A DNA stretch of 60,374 nucleotides from Octopus sinensis (GCF_006345805.1 NW_021832568.1:1-60374), one strand, 5' to 3'. Shown: positions 23,645 to 37,455, counted from the first letter of the stretch. The notes: generated from the sequence alone by a model not told the origin. Made by a program: numbers and translations.

Positions 23645-25763
23645 TCATCATCATCATCATCATCATCGTTTAACGTCCGTTGTCCATGCTAGCATGGGTT
23701 GGACGGTTCGACCGGGGATCTGGGAAGCCAGAAGGCTGCACCAGGCTCCAGTCTTATCTGGCAGTGTTTCTACAGCTGGGTGCCCTTCCTAACGCCAACC
23801 ACTCCGTGAGTGTAGTGGGTGCTTTTTACGTGCCACCTGCACAGGTGCCAGGCGAGGCTGGCAACGCCCACGGTCGGATTGGTGTATTTTATGTGCCACC
23901 GGCACGGAAGCCAGACGAGGCGGAGCTGGCATCGGCCACGAGTCGGATAGTGCTTTTTACGCCACGAGTCGGATAGTGCTTTTTACGTACCACCAGACCA
24001 GGGATCCTGGCTGGTTCAATTCGATTTCGATTTCGCTTGCCCCAACATGTCTTCGCAAGCAAGGGGGTTGGCATAGGTGCCTGTCTACGGTCAGATTGGT
24101 GTATTTTACGTGCCACCGGCCCGGAAGCCAGTGGAGGCGGCGCTGGCATAGGCCACGAGTCGGATAGTGCTTTTTACGTACCACCAGACCAGGGATCCTG
24201 GCTGGTTCAATTCGATTTCGATTTCGCTTGCCCCAACATGTCTTCGCAAGCAAAGGGGGTTGGCATGGGTGCCTGTCGTCGGATGAGGTTCTATATCGAC
24301 TTCGCTTGCCTCAACAGGTCTTGTGTCCAAGGGAGGAAAGGCATTCATAAGTGGGCTGGGCTCACTTGTCCTGCCTGGTCTTCTCACGTACAGAATATTT
24401 CCAAAGGTCTCGGTCGCTGGTCATTTCCTCAGTGAGGCCTAAAGTTCGAAGGTCGTGCTTCACCACCTCATCCCAGGTTTTCCTGGGTCTACCTCTTCCA
24501 CGGGTTCCCTCAACTGCTAAGGATTGGCACTTTCTCACACACCTATCTTCATCCATTCTCGCCACATGACCATACCAGCGCAATCGTCTCTCTTGCACAC
24601 CACAACTGATGCCTCTTAGGTTCAACATTTCTCTCAATGTGCTAACGCTCTGTCTAGTATGTACACTGACATTACACATCCATCGGAGCATACTGGCTTC
24701 ATTCCTCATGAGCTTACGCATGTCCTCGGCAGTCACGGCCCATGTTTCACTGCCATGTAGCATGGCTGTTCGTACACACGCATCATACAGTCTGCCTTTT
24801 ACTCTGAGCGAGAGGCCTTTAGTCACCAGCAGAGGTAAGAGCTCCCTAAACTTTGCCCAGGCTATTCTTATTCTAGCAGTTACACTTTCAGCACACCCAC
24901 CCCCACTACTGACTTGGTCACCTAGATAACGGAAGCTATCAACTACTTCTAGTTTTTCCCCTGGAAAATGACGGAAGTTATTTTCTGCAGATTTTCGGAG
25001 GTTAACGCTCCTGAGCATCTGCCACATACAAAAACTATCTTCCCGGTTAGCCTACCTTTGACATTGCTGCACCTCTTATGTGTCCATAGCTTACACTGGG
25101 TACATCTTATAGAGTTTCTACCTACACCTTTTCTACAGATCGAGCAGGGCCATCTCCTGAAGACATTTGTGGATTGTCTACCTTCCTACTTATTAGTACT
25201 TTGGTTTTAGCTAGGTTGACTCTAAGGCCCCTCGATTCTAAACCTTCCTTCCACACCTGGAACTTCTCCCCCAGCTCTGATAGTGACTCAGCAATAAGGG
25301 CAAGGTCATCAGCGTAGAGGAGCTCCCAGGGACAACCTGTCTTGAATTCCTCCGTAATTGCCTGGAGAACTATGATAAATAGGAGGGGGCTGAGTACTGA
25401 ACCCTGGTGGACCCCAACCTCTACTTTGAATTCTTCTGTGTACATGTTGCCAACCCTAACTTTACTTACGGCATCTCTGTACATGGCTTGCACAGTCCTC
25501 ACCAGCCATTCATCTATCCCTAGTTTCCTCATTGACCACCAGATAAGGGATCGGGGGACCCTATCAAAAGCTTTCTCCATGTCAACAAAAGCCAGGTACA
25601 GGGGCTTATCTTTGGCTAGGTATTTCTCCTGCAGCTGCCTTACCAGGAATATAGCATCAGTGGTACTTTTCCCTGGCACGAACCCAAACTGCATCTCATC
25701 TAAACTAACTCTCTCTCTAATTAGTTGGGCTATGACCCTCTCCGTAACCTTCATTACTTGATC

Positions 25764-25769
<6 letters not shown>
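23645..25769 (-). mobile_element. RTE LINE family A copy 4, young, 5'-truncated
   Basis: RT ORF 25122..25769 (LYADD), C-terminal ORF 24362..25027, internally duplicated 3' UTR, (TA)n flanks. Confidence 0.95.
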
Positions 25770-25827
<58 letters not shown>

Positions 25828-25883
25828 TATCTACTCAAGTATAATATATATATGTATATATATACAAATATATATGTCTTGAA

Positions 25884-25920
<37 letters not shown>

Positions 25921-25934
<14 letters not shown>

Positions 25935-28900
25935 GGCATCCTTTTTGTCTCGGGAGACAATGGAGTTGCGCATAAAATAATCTAGTCCAGCTTTTATATT
26001 TCATGTCCTAATACATCTCCTGCTGTGGCTGTGTAATCCTATCCTGGACAAACACTCCCTCTGGCAGGTGCCGCAAAGGTAGCAAAGACTTTGCCTGGCT
26101 GGTTGTAATGTCATAGTTTCTTGTTGATGTCTTTTCTTGTCTTTCCATTTCTACTCTCTCCCTCTGTCACTCCTTTGTGTTCCCTCTTTAACGGTATGCC
26201 ACCAATCTCCACGGTTACTGGCAACTGCTTCCCAGTTGCTAATATTGATGTGGCAGGTCTTCATGTCCCTTTTGCAAACATCCTTGTATCATAAGAATGG
26301 TCTTCCCACAGACCTAGTGACCCTAGCAAGCTCTCTGTAAAGTATGTCCTTGGGGATTCTGCCATCTTCTATATGGCTAGCATGTCCAAGCCATCTCGTG
26401 CATCTTTATGTGAGGAGTGTGTAGTGACATCATGTTCCAGTGTGCGCACACGCAACGTCATTCTTCAGTGTGCGTGTGCGGGGTTGGAACATTCTAGAAC
26501 CTTCTGGAAAGGCATAAGGAAGTTCCATCATGCACATGCGCAAGAGACTGAAGAATAAATTCCATAGCGTTCCTTAATAGCGTTCGGGGACTTGAGGCAC
26601 GGCGATCGAAGAGAAAGGACGTATTTTCATATGTGTAATCAACCTATTCTCCTGTCCCAGACGCTTAGGATTTAACCTGTTCTTCTGCTGCTGAATTGTT
26701 GTAAAGCTTACAAACGTTTGAATTCAGCCTTGCTGTGTTGAACTAGGTGGATACCAGCATACCATCGTGTTTCATTGTTGAAACCAGAAAATAAAGAATT
26801 ATATATATTTTTCAACTTGCTTTTCGTTCCTGACTGGTAGTTTCTAGAAACAAAAAGAAAGGAAATTGTGTTGCACACCCAAGTTGCACCCCAAAAGTGT
26901 AAAGAAGCAACCAGTTCCCCTTACAAGTGTAAACATGCTTGGTATTCCTGCTTGCTTGAGGACATCTTTGTGGGGACATGATTCTGCCATTTGATGCCAA
27001 GGATTTTCCGGAGGCAGCGCAGGTGAAAGATATTTAGGCGATGCTCTGGGCGTGTGTATGGCGTCCAAGTCTCACTTCCATACAGTAGAGTGCTAAGTAC
27101 ACATGCCTGGTAAATCTTTATTTTTGTGGTCTTGGTCAGCTTATTGTTGTCCCATGCCCATTTGGAGAGTTGAGCCATCAAGCAGCTGCCTTGCCAATGT
27201 GTATATTGAGCTCAGCATCAAGGGATAGGTTGTAGGTGATGGTAGAGCCAAGATAGGTAAAATTCTCCACCTCCTGTAGTCTGTGGTCTCCAATATATAT
27301 GTTTGGGATGTCCGATGTAGCCTGACCCATGATGTTGGTCTTCTTGAGGCTGATAACTAAGCCAATGTCACTACATGCTTGCTCAAAACAGTTGATAAGC
27401 CTTTGCAAGGCTTCTTCTGTGTGTGATACCAGAGCGGCATCATCAGCAAATAGTATTTCCTTGATCAGGACACTTCTGATTTTGGTCTTGGCACACAGAC
27501 GCGAGAGAGTGAACAGTTTCCCATCACTTCTACTGTACAGAAAGATTCCATCATCTGATGTCTCAAAGGCATGTGACAGCAGCAGCAAGAAGAAGATGAC
27601 AAATAATGTAGGAGCAAGGACACAACCATGCTTTACCCCGTTTTTTTTTTATTTGGAAGGCGGCTGATGTTGAATCATTGTGCTGTATGGTGTCTTGCAT
27701 ATCATCATGGAAAGATTTTATGATTCTCAGCAGCTTTAGTGGACATCCGATTTTTTGGAGCACAATGAAGAGGCTTTTTCTACTCACCAAGCCAAAGGCC
27801 TTTGTCAGATCAATGAAGGCCATATATAATGGCATTTTCTGCTGTCTGGACTTCTCCTGAAGTTGGCGTATGGAGAATATCATGTCAATAGTTGATCTGC
27901 TTCTTCTAAAGCCACACTGTGATTCTGGATAAATTTGAGAAGTAAGCAGTTGTAGCCTGAATAGGATAACGTTAGTAAAGGTCTTTCCAACAGTGCTTAG
28001 AAGAGATATTGCATGGTAATTTTTACAATCACCACGGTCACCTTTGTTTTTGTAAAGCATAATGATGTTAGCATCCCACATATCCTGAGCGACTGTACCC
28101 TCTTCCCAGCACTGATACAGAAGCTCATGAAGGTGCCGAAGCAGGACAGTGTTTTTGTCAGCTTTGAATAACTATGAGTGGATGCCATCTTTTCCCAGAG
28201 CCTTGTTACTGGCTAGGGAGTCAATAGCCTTGGTGAGCTCTGCAATAGATGACAGACTGTCAAGTTCACACATGACTGGGAAGATCTTGACATCCTCGAT
28301 TGCAGCCTCAGCTACTGTGGTCTCCCTTAGGTAGAGATCCTGGTAGTACTCCACCATCTATCCATTTGCTTGCTTTGGTTCCTTTTGAGATCTCCAGTAG
28401 TTGATTTCAGAGGGGCTGGCTTGGTTGCGGATGGACTGAGGGCCTTCTTCAAATCAGCATACATCCCACGGGTGTCACTACTGTCAGCAGCTGACTGGAT
28501 ACTCTGACACATTTCCTGCCAATACCTATTTGCACAGCATCTGGCAGTCAGTTGGGTTTTATTTCTTGCCTTTCTGAGTTCTTTGAGTGTCTTTGTAGAA
28601 GAATCACTCTTGTATTGCATCAGAGCTGTGCACTTTGCTTTGATAACTGGTTCCAGCTCTGAGAGCCCAGCACTGAACCAATCTGGGTTTTGCCTTCTCT
28701 CATGCTGAAAGTATCTATTGATGTGGTATACAAAGCTTCCCTGATATAATTCCACCTACTTTCAGCAGAGGAGGTTGGGTGGCTACTGAGGGCAACCTTG
28801 ATAGAAACAGCAAAACATTTTTACAGTGTAGGGTCTGAGGTTCTGGCAGTTTTAATGCATGGTCAGCCCATTTTCTTGGAGTGATGGACATTTTTAGGCA

Positions 28901-30293
28901 GAATCCTCACCCTGCTTCTTATTAGTGAATGATTCATGTCACAATCTGCGCTGTGGTAACTACGGGTCAGTTGAACAGAATTCAGAAAGGATCTCCGTGT
29001 AATGATGAGATCCAACTGATGCCAGTGGTGAAATCTTGGATGTCTCCAAGATGCCTTGTGGGATGTCTTGTTGGCAAAGAATGTGTTGGTGATGCACAGG
29101 TTATGGTATGTGCAAAATTCAAGTAGTCTCTGACCATTGTCATTCACGTTGCCAATACCAAAGTGTCCAACACAAATGGGTCACGAATCGTGGTCAGATC
29201 CCATGCAAGCACTAAAATCTCCTAGAAGGTAGATGTTTTCATTGGTTGGTATATTTCTAATGACACAGTTGAGATCTTTGTAGAACTGGTTCTTGGTCTC
29301 CTCTGAGCTGTAGAGAGTGGGAGCATAGATGCTCAGTAAATGTACTGAGCCAGAAGAGGTCGAGAAGCGCAGTGAGGGGATACGCTCAGTGCCTCCTGAT
29401 GGTGGTTCAATTGAGGAGAGTAATGAGTTTCTCATTGCAAAGCCAACAGCATGCTGACGAGGTTCTTCTGGATCACTTCCCTGCCAAAAAAAGGGAAACC
29501 CTGTTCTTTGTGTCCTGCAGTTCAGCAATGTATATGTTAAGTCTCTTTAGCTCACGGTCAATGATGGCCACCTTTCATGTGTTTTCAACCCTGAGTAGGT
29601 CATTAGATATGCCAGGGCACATAGTCCTGACATTCCAGCTTGCTAACTGCAGGACTGGTGGTTTCTCGTCTTTTAGTTGTTTGCCTGGTGCAGAGGTTGC
29701 AGGCCATTTTTCAAGTCAAACTCTTAGCTCCAAGCACCCAATGAAGCAGGCAGCCTGTGGTGGGTCAGCACCTTATTAACTGGGGGACTACCCAGCTTGA
29801 GGTGGGCAGTAGCTAACCAATGGAACACGGGACTCCCTCCCACCGTCAGAGGTAACCCGTAGCGCCCATATCTTACACCAATCTGAATGAACTTATCACT
29901 CGTGACTGCTACCTCCCGTGTTTTTTCTGCCACTTTTTACAGCAGTACCGAAGTGTCCTCTCCAATTTTGCGTAGGCCTGGGCTAGAAATAAGAAAATCC
30001 TGGGTAGCCCAATCATCAGGATTCCTCTCTCGACCTTGCTAACATAGCCCAAAGGAGTGCAGAGCATTACGTTTGACACCAGCTTGGTTGCAGGAGCTGT
30101 CGGAAGAGTGTCAAGTCGAACACTAAACCACCTTCGGTGCTCCACTCCGGATTTCTTTGTAGGTTGTCTCCTTTCTGTAACCCTGGATAGGGGTCCATAC
30201 CAATTACTGTCAGCCGGTGCCAGCTGCGCCTGGGACTTGTGTCAGGCTGGGTCATCACTCCCTGAAGTAGGGAAGAAAATCACTACCCACTAC

Positions 30294-30295
<2 letters not shown>
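25921..30295 (-). mobile_element. RTE LINE family B (BovB-like), apparently full-length but decayed
   Basis: (CAA)n tail at 25921; EN (IYAPT, LLGDF, HWHQLDLIITRR), RT (SQCGFR, LFADD); about 600 bp 5' UTR ending in (TA)n. Confidence 0.93.
26420..26925 (+). mobile_element. Solo LTR (506 bp)
   Basis: TGTAGTG...CTTACA termini; 4-bp TSD agtg at 26416-26419 and 26926-26929; absent from sister copy at 49390-49410; orientation inferred from aataaa. Confidence 0.85.
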
Positions 30296-30375
<80 letters not shown>

Positions 30376-30452
30376 TATATGTGTGTGTGTGTGTGTATAC
30401 AAATATATATGTATTGAAGTACATATATATGTATATATATATATATATATAC

Positions 30453-30506
<54 letters not shown>

Positions 30507-32100
30507 CTACCAGTATAGCCTGGCACTGTCTAGAATTAAGTTAGGATTATTAAGCTAATCAAGTGCTTTGTTTCAAACCAAACTAAGTAACACGGACATC
30601 AAATCTGAGTGAAATCTGTTGAAATTGGTAAACGTTTGGCTGAAAATAGATTGCAGACAATTTGATTGGGAAATCCATAAAGAATCGTTTTATCAATTTT
30701 TTCACTCATGATTACTTTTTTTTTCGGGGGGGGGGGGGGTTAAAGCATTCAAAGATCCCATTAGTCCTAAGTAATGTCAGCATCAAGTCTGAACAAAACT
30801 GGTAAAAGTTATGGTTGAACATAGGGTGTAGCCAATTTTGGTGGGAAATTTTATAAGGAATTGGTTTATTGATTTTTCATCCTGATTGAATGGAAAACCC
30901 CATAAGGAATCAGTTTATTGGTTTTTCATCCCAAATAGGACTTAACTGAACACAACATTGCTGACTCAAAAAATCTATATTTATACTTTAAAGTTGGTTT
31001 TCATACCCAACCCAGTTTTGCAGAATCATTGTCATAATGGGAACACACGGGTTCGAAGTTTGACTGGCAGAGGTGATCAGGTTGCTCATGCCTGCCCTTT
31101 CGAACCCTAACCCCATCATCTAACCTGCCACCCTCTAGGCCATGGGATGGGAGCCCATCCGGCAAGGAAAATAGAATGCCCAAAAGGGCTCCCAATCCTC
31201 TGTGTCAGAAGAGGTTATGTTTGGATCACAAGTAAGCCTTAACCTAAGCCTAAGCTAATCTAGTAAAAGGGGGACTGGGAGCCTCTAAAAGGCAGCGACT
31301 AATTCCAATCTAGTCCTAACTCCTCCTAGGGGTACTATCAGTCAAGGCTGTATTGAAATATACATTAGAGAAGGCTGCATTGAAGATCTGCATTGGAGAA
31401 GGTTGCATCGAAGGTTTGCATTGGAGATCTGCAGTGAAAAAGGTGACTCACAGATTTGGATTGGATAAGGTTGCATTAGAGATCTGCATTGGAGAAGGTT
31501 GATTCGAAGGTTTGCATTGGGGATCCGGAGTGGAGTAACTTAGGAAAACTCACCAACAGCCTTAACAAAAAAATAAGGGGCCTGGCCCTTCTAGCCTAAC
31601 TCTATGAGCAACTTGACCAAGTACTGATATCAGCCGAGTGAGCATTGTTGTTGCAGAAGTCAGCATTGTCCAATAAAGAAGAGGAAGAGTCCATGAGTCA
31701 TGCTGCCATGGTTTGAGAATATGTCTGGCCAATGCTTCCGTATCACCTGTTCATAACCATATCAGCTGCAGTGTTTCTACTCCCCACACGGGAGCAGGCC
31801 ACATAAAGTTGCCCATGTGAAAAGCATGGCTCCCCTAAATGGATGACCGCCACTGATAGTGTTCAGCTTTGGGATTTGTTGATAAACATAGCAATCTGCA
31901 GATGTTAAACGGTATGTCTGACCCCGTAGGATAATGGTGCAATCTTGAAATGAAAACATTTCCCCACTCCCGTTCCCCGTAACAATGGTGGCCTCAATAA
32001 AGTGGGGCGTCAGGGACTTGCCTATGAAGCAGGTCCCGTTGCACTGTTTAGGCAGATAAAGTGTGTACTCTTTATCCATTTTAGTTTTATTGAATGATTG
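30507..32100 (-). mobile_element. Helitron with helicase C-terminal fragment and internal tandem repeats
   Basis: 30507-31150 is homologous to the reverse complement of 41800-42507; HFIEATIVTGNGSGE (31777..32079); repeats at 31370-31520. Confidence 0.8.
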
Positions 32101-32388
32101 TGTAAAATTTTCTTAACAATAGGATATATTGTAAGTCTACACTCACACACACACAGACACGTGCACACACACACAAATATACACTTGCTGTTGTTGTTGT
32201 AATGCGTGTACTCTTTATCCCATTTGAGTTGTTGTTTTGAGTGGCAGGAGATAAGTTTCAGTGAACTTGAATAGCAGTTTGGAACTCATTTCTAATTTTG
32301 AAAAGCCACATATCAAAAAATGCTTTAAATCACATAGGAAGAAAAACGGCTGCAGCATGAAGTTATCGATTGCTTTGATTTGCTTTGA

Positions 32389-32447
32389 TCACCAAGAAAG
32401 CAAAAGTACATACAGAGAATTCATAAACAAAAATAATTGAGTTGTGG
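32389..32447 (-). CDS. Candidate terminal coding exon: hydrophobic tail (T)TTQLFLFMNSLYVLLLSW*
   Basis: Long pyrimidine tract ending ttattttcAG; phase 1 matches the Ig exon donor; TGA at 32391-32389; AATAAA on minus at about 32091-32086. Confidence 0.55.
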
Positions 32448-32699
32448 CTGAAAATAACAGTGAAATAAAGAATTTAAATATTAAAACAAACAGAAATTAA
32501 GAAACAAAATGTGCTAGTTGCTAATTACATCATCATTAGGTTTTTGTTTTCTAACTGAATAAACCAGTCTCACGTGTATTATATATAGGTGAGAGAGATG
32601 GTATGTGAAAGCACATGGTTGGATGTATAAAAGACAAAAAAGAGTGAAAAAACTACAGAAGGCTGGTGTGATATGGTTAAAGAATATATTTAAATCATT

Positions 32700-34390
32700 A
32701 TGTTAGAAAAATGTTATAAAATTTTGCGTATAGTAACATAATTTTTGGAGAAATAACCGGTTTCATATTTTCTTTTCAAATTTCTAAATGAAACCATTAA
32801 AAAATCACCAAAGACGTACATACATACACCAAACCCAGGGGACCTAAAACTACGACAAATTGTAGCTGGCCCAGCCTGTGAAACACACAGACTAAGTCTA
32901 TTTATGGTCATTCTCCTTAAACACATCAATAGCCATACCAGAAGTGACTTGGATATGTTAAATCACCTTCCAAAAAAAGTCAAGGAAGAAACAATTATGG
33001 TTTCATTTGATGTAGTTAATTTATATCCCAGTATACCTCATAATTATGGGATAGAGGCTATTCAGTTCTGGCTGGACCAATTTCCGGAAGAAATACCAAA
33101 AAGGATCAGTAAAAAATTCATAACTAAATCGGTTGAATTCATCCTACAAAATAACCACGTCATGATTGTCAATGCATTTTACCATTCAAAATCCAGAATT
33201 GTTATGGGTACTAGGGCAGCACCAGTCATTGCGAACCTAACAATGGGCTACCTGGAGGTAATAAGATGCCAAGAATCTTTATCTACCTTTGGAAACCCCC
33301 TTTCCCAATACATAAATGAAAATTGGAAAAGTTTCCTAGACGACTGTTTCATAATCTGGAATGAAAACAAAGATAAACTCCTAAAATTCAAAAGCCTATT
33401 GAACAGCGTCAACCCAAACATACAGTTCACAATGGAGTACAACCAAAAGGAGCTTCCATTCTTAGATATACTAATTAAAAAAATAAACCTAAAAACAGAA
33501 ATGGACATATTTTACAAAACCACAGATGCCAAACAATATCTACTTTTTGATTCATGCCACCCAAGACACACCAAAACAAACATCCCATTCAACCTTGCAA
33601 GAAGGATATGCACAATAGTGTCAGAACAAAATACCAGAAACTTTAAATGGCAAGAACTCAAAAACACCCTAATTGACAGACACTACCCAGTTCAACTCAT
33701 AGAGGATGGAATCAGACGTGCAACACAATTGACAGAGAAACCTTAAGAAAAGTTCAACACAGCAACACACCTTCACCAAAAAAACTGCTGTACATATCAA
33801 CATACAACCCCAGAAACAAAGAAGCTTTCACCATCATCACCCAAAATTTACCAATGCTACATAAGGATCCCAAATTAAAGAAAATTTTACATATACATAA
33901 ACTCATTAAAAGCTACAAACAACCGAAATCACTAAAAAAGATCCTCACAAAGGCAAAATTATTTTCTAAAATAACGGATGCAAAAGTGAAGAAATGTGGT
34001 AGACCACATTGCACAACATGCCCAAACCTTCTAGAAGGATCAGAATTCCTCTTCAAGGAGGGACAAAAATTCAAAATCAAATCAAATTTTACTTGTGCTT
34101 CAGAAAACCTGATTTATGCCATAAGATTCTTGGGCTGCCACCAAAACTACATAGGGTCCACGGGATTATCGCTCAGATGCAGATGCACTCTGCATCGACA
34201 GCAGATTGCATTCCCATAATACAGAATGATACCCTTTAGTGAACATATTGAGTAATGTGCAAAGCAACTACTACCACAATTTATAATCTTTCCATTCTAT
34301 CAATGTACCATTGGAACACCAACACAAGTTAGATTAAATAAGGAAACCTTCATTGAAAAATATAAGCCAAAACTTAACCATTTCTAACAT
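32700..34390 (+). mobile_element. Penelope-like element (RT + GIY-YIG), frameshifted
   Basis: ORF 32904..33746 (SFDVVNLYPSIP, MGT, FLDDCF, LPFLDI); 33854..34219 (CGRPHCTTC, NLIYAI...YIGSTG); terminal FIEKYKPKLN. Confidence 0.93.
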
Positions 34391-34539
34391 TTTTAAATAA
34401 GGAAACTCACCTCATTGAAAAAAATATAAAGCAAAACCTAACCACTTGTAACATTATATTCCTTCTAAACCAAATCATGTTAAATTAGTCATTCCCAACA
34501 TGCTTGATTATCTCCTGTGTAAACTGTGGTATGGAGGTA

Positions 34540-35060
34540 TGATATCTACTATGTATATTTCCTATTTAGTATTGGGGAGGTTTCCTTTATAAGGATGTAC
34601 TCCCGTATTTGTCTGAGTGTTGGGTCTTTTGGGTGCTTGGATAAGATGTGGATGTCAAGTTGACCCAAGTTACCTCCATGGTGGTCGAGTATGGAGGACT
34701 GTTTTTTGTCATCATATTGTCTCAGATGTTCATTTAGTCATTCCGCAATGCTCCTAGATGTCTCCCCTATGTACATCATGCTCATGTCTTTACAAGCACC
34801 TTCTGTGCATCTTATGCTGTAAACTACATTTTGAGGTCTACAGTTAATGCCAGGGTTAATCCTACTTACCATGCAGTTATCATTGGTGCATATGGTATTC
34901 TCAAAGGGGTACATCCTACATAGTTGTGATCTAACGGAGTTCCCTGACTTTTCAAACCCTGGCATTAACTGTAGACCTCAAAATGTAGTTTACAGCAGAA
35001 GATGCATAGAAGGTGTTTATAAAGACATGAACATGATGTACATAGGGGAGACATCTATAT
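34540..35060. mobile_element. Second Penelope-like GIY-YIG fragment with fold-back duplication
   Basis: NCRPQNVVYSIRC...YIGETS encoded on both strands (34738..34965 minus, 34847..35080 plus). Confidence 0.8.
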
Positions 35061-36004
35061 TAAGTATGCAATATGTATAAATATAAACTATTTCTAATAT
35101 AGTTTCTTTTCCCCTCTCTATTGTGTAAAAGTTTGATATATACTCAAAAGTATTCATAAATTTCTATCTTTTGTTACAATATTCTTCTTAATAATCTTTT
35201 GAATAACTTTATCTGTATACAATATAGCAACATTGTTTTATAGTATTCAACTATAGTACTACATTATAAGACTTCCCCTGTTTCATTATCAATGGTCTGC
35301 TAGTGGGTGACCCCTTAATTATCAGCTAACATCTTGTTTCAAGTTTTTTCTTACAAAATCTCATGACACTGCTTCTAATAAATCTTGATTTTTATGTCTA
35401 TACCATCTAGAATGTCTGTTTACTCCATCAACCCTACCCCAAACAGATACTACCCTCTGTTTCTCTCAGCCTTAAATATACAAGGGATAAGATAAACCAG
35501 TCTATTAATTAAAACTGACCCCATGAAAAAACAACAAAACAAAAAATCAATGACAGGCAGTGTCTTCTTGAAAAAAATTTAGTTACGACTATGCTGTTGT
35601 AGGTACAAGATGTTCTTTGTCTATCTCCTTAACTTCTTGGAGATTTTAGGTAAAATTATACTAATGTGTCCATCTGTTCTAATTTAATTAAATTCTGTCT
35701 TTGTATAGCTAAAGATTGCTCTACATATAAAATTGACGTAATGATTGCATTGTTCAATTAAATGGAGTTGCATGAAATGATCATACTGCATTATCTCTGG
35801 ATATCTTTGTTGCTTATTTTGATTATATATATAATAAAAATGATAATAATAATAATAATAATGATAATAATAATATAATAATGATAATAATGATAATAAT
35901 AATAATAATAATAACAATATCGTTATTATTATTATTATTATTAGGGGCATAACTCTAAACTTACAGGGAAAAATTTAATTTAGTATAAAATCAAATTCAC
36001 AATA

Positions 36005-37100
36005 TAAATATATATATATAAATTAGAGAAAAACAATTATTATATAATTCAAACATGATAGATGCAAATCATACTATATAGAAAAAATAAAATATATGAT
36101 AAAACATTTACCTAGATCACAATAAATTATATAATAATAAATAAACAAACAGTATATAATTAGTAAAAAGACTATGTACGTTTCATGGCTATATCTTCAA
36201 TTTGAATTACAATTAAATTTAAATTTAGATTTAATCAATCCAAATACAATTCAATTAAAAAGTATAGTCACTCCTCAGGTCAACAATAATAACAATAAAT
36301 ACATATTTTCAATAAATAATCAAACAGAATTAAACAATATTTCTTAAAGAATTAAAACATGATTCTTCTTATAAAAGAAATTCCATTAACTAAGTAGGAC
36401 CAAGTATTTATAATACAATTATCACATTAAAAACCTGACATGAAAAAATAGGGTAAATAGATAGAAATATGTAATTTATCTGTGAAGATATATTTTAACT
36501 TGAGAATAATCTAAACAAGCTATAGTATATCTTTACTGGAAAAATATATGAGTCCAATTAATTAAATAAAATACTTAAAATACATTATATACTTAAGTTA
36601 AGCTAAATTACTATAATTTAATCTATATTCATTAATAATTAAATTATATATTTATTTACTAATAAATAAACATCTAATTTGATATGATTCTAACTATGTA
36701 CTAAACCCTACACAAACATGTGTACACTTATAATATATCTTACATGAACAATGCTGCAGCCACAACCCTGCAATAGTATTTTGTATATATTTCAAAAATA
36801 TACTCACAAATAATTTAAACTTATTATATAAGTAAATTAATTTATGTCTAGAAGTAATATTGATAGAAAAACAAAGTAATTATATTATTATTAATTCAAT
36901 AGTATATAAAGAAAAAGAAAAAACTTTTCACTACCTATACTATAATATTTTACGTTACAAACTATTTTACAAACAACCATGAATAATACTTTTAGATTTT
37001 AGTTCACATATAATAATTAAATAATAAGAATAATTAATAAATGTATGTATCTTAAATTATAATTAAATAAAAAAAATTAGAAATACATATTTTTAAAATC
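36005..37100 (-). mobile_element. AT-rich non-coding repeat with hammerhead motif, copy 2
   Basis: Colinear with 18540-19600. Confidence 0.7.
36170..36281 (-). ncRNA. Type I hammerhead ribozyme motif, core intact, helix III mismatch
   Basis: gac CTGAGGA GTGACTATA..TATAGCCAT GAAA C GTAC A TA gtc. Confidence 0.75.
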
Positions 37101-37319
37101 AATAATCATATGAATTTCACCATTATTCTTAAATAAATGGTATCTTATTTTTTCAAAGATATTTATGAACTAAAAAAATTTAAGTTAAAACATATAACTT
37201 AGTGTTTATATGTCCAGATCTAATATTTCGAATATTAAGGGAAAAAAACAAACTACGTATTCGTGTCAAAATGCATTGAGTGCCTCTTTCTTTCGTTTCT
37301 CCAACCATTCAGTTCACTC

Positions 37320-37455
37320 TATAAGTTGGTTGGTGTTAGCAAGGGCATCCAGTCATAAAACCCCTGCCAAAACAGTTAGTGAAACCTGAGGCAATCTTCT
37401 GCCAAGCCAGCCTGTCAAATATCCAACCCAGTTGTGAAATGATGATGATGATGAT
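37320..37455 (+). mobile_element. RTE-A 3' terminal fragment
   Basis: ggttggtgttagcaagggcatccag ... (GAT)n. Confidence 0.7.

Noticed and set aside
30180-30295. Possible HDV-like ribozyme at the RTE-B 5' end
   Set aside because: Expected for RTE elements, but I could only find a nested hairpin, not the double pseudoknot; needs a descriptor search
35684-35950. 88-aa minus ORF
   Set aside because: Mostly (TAA)n and (TGA)n microsatellite translation
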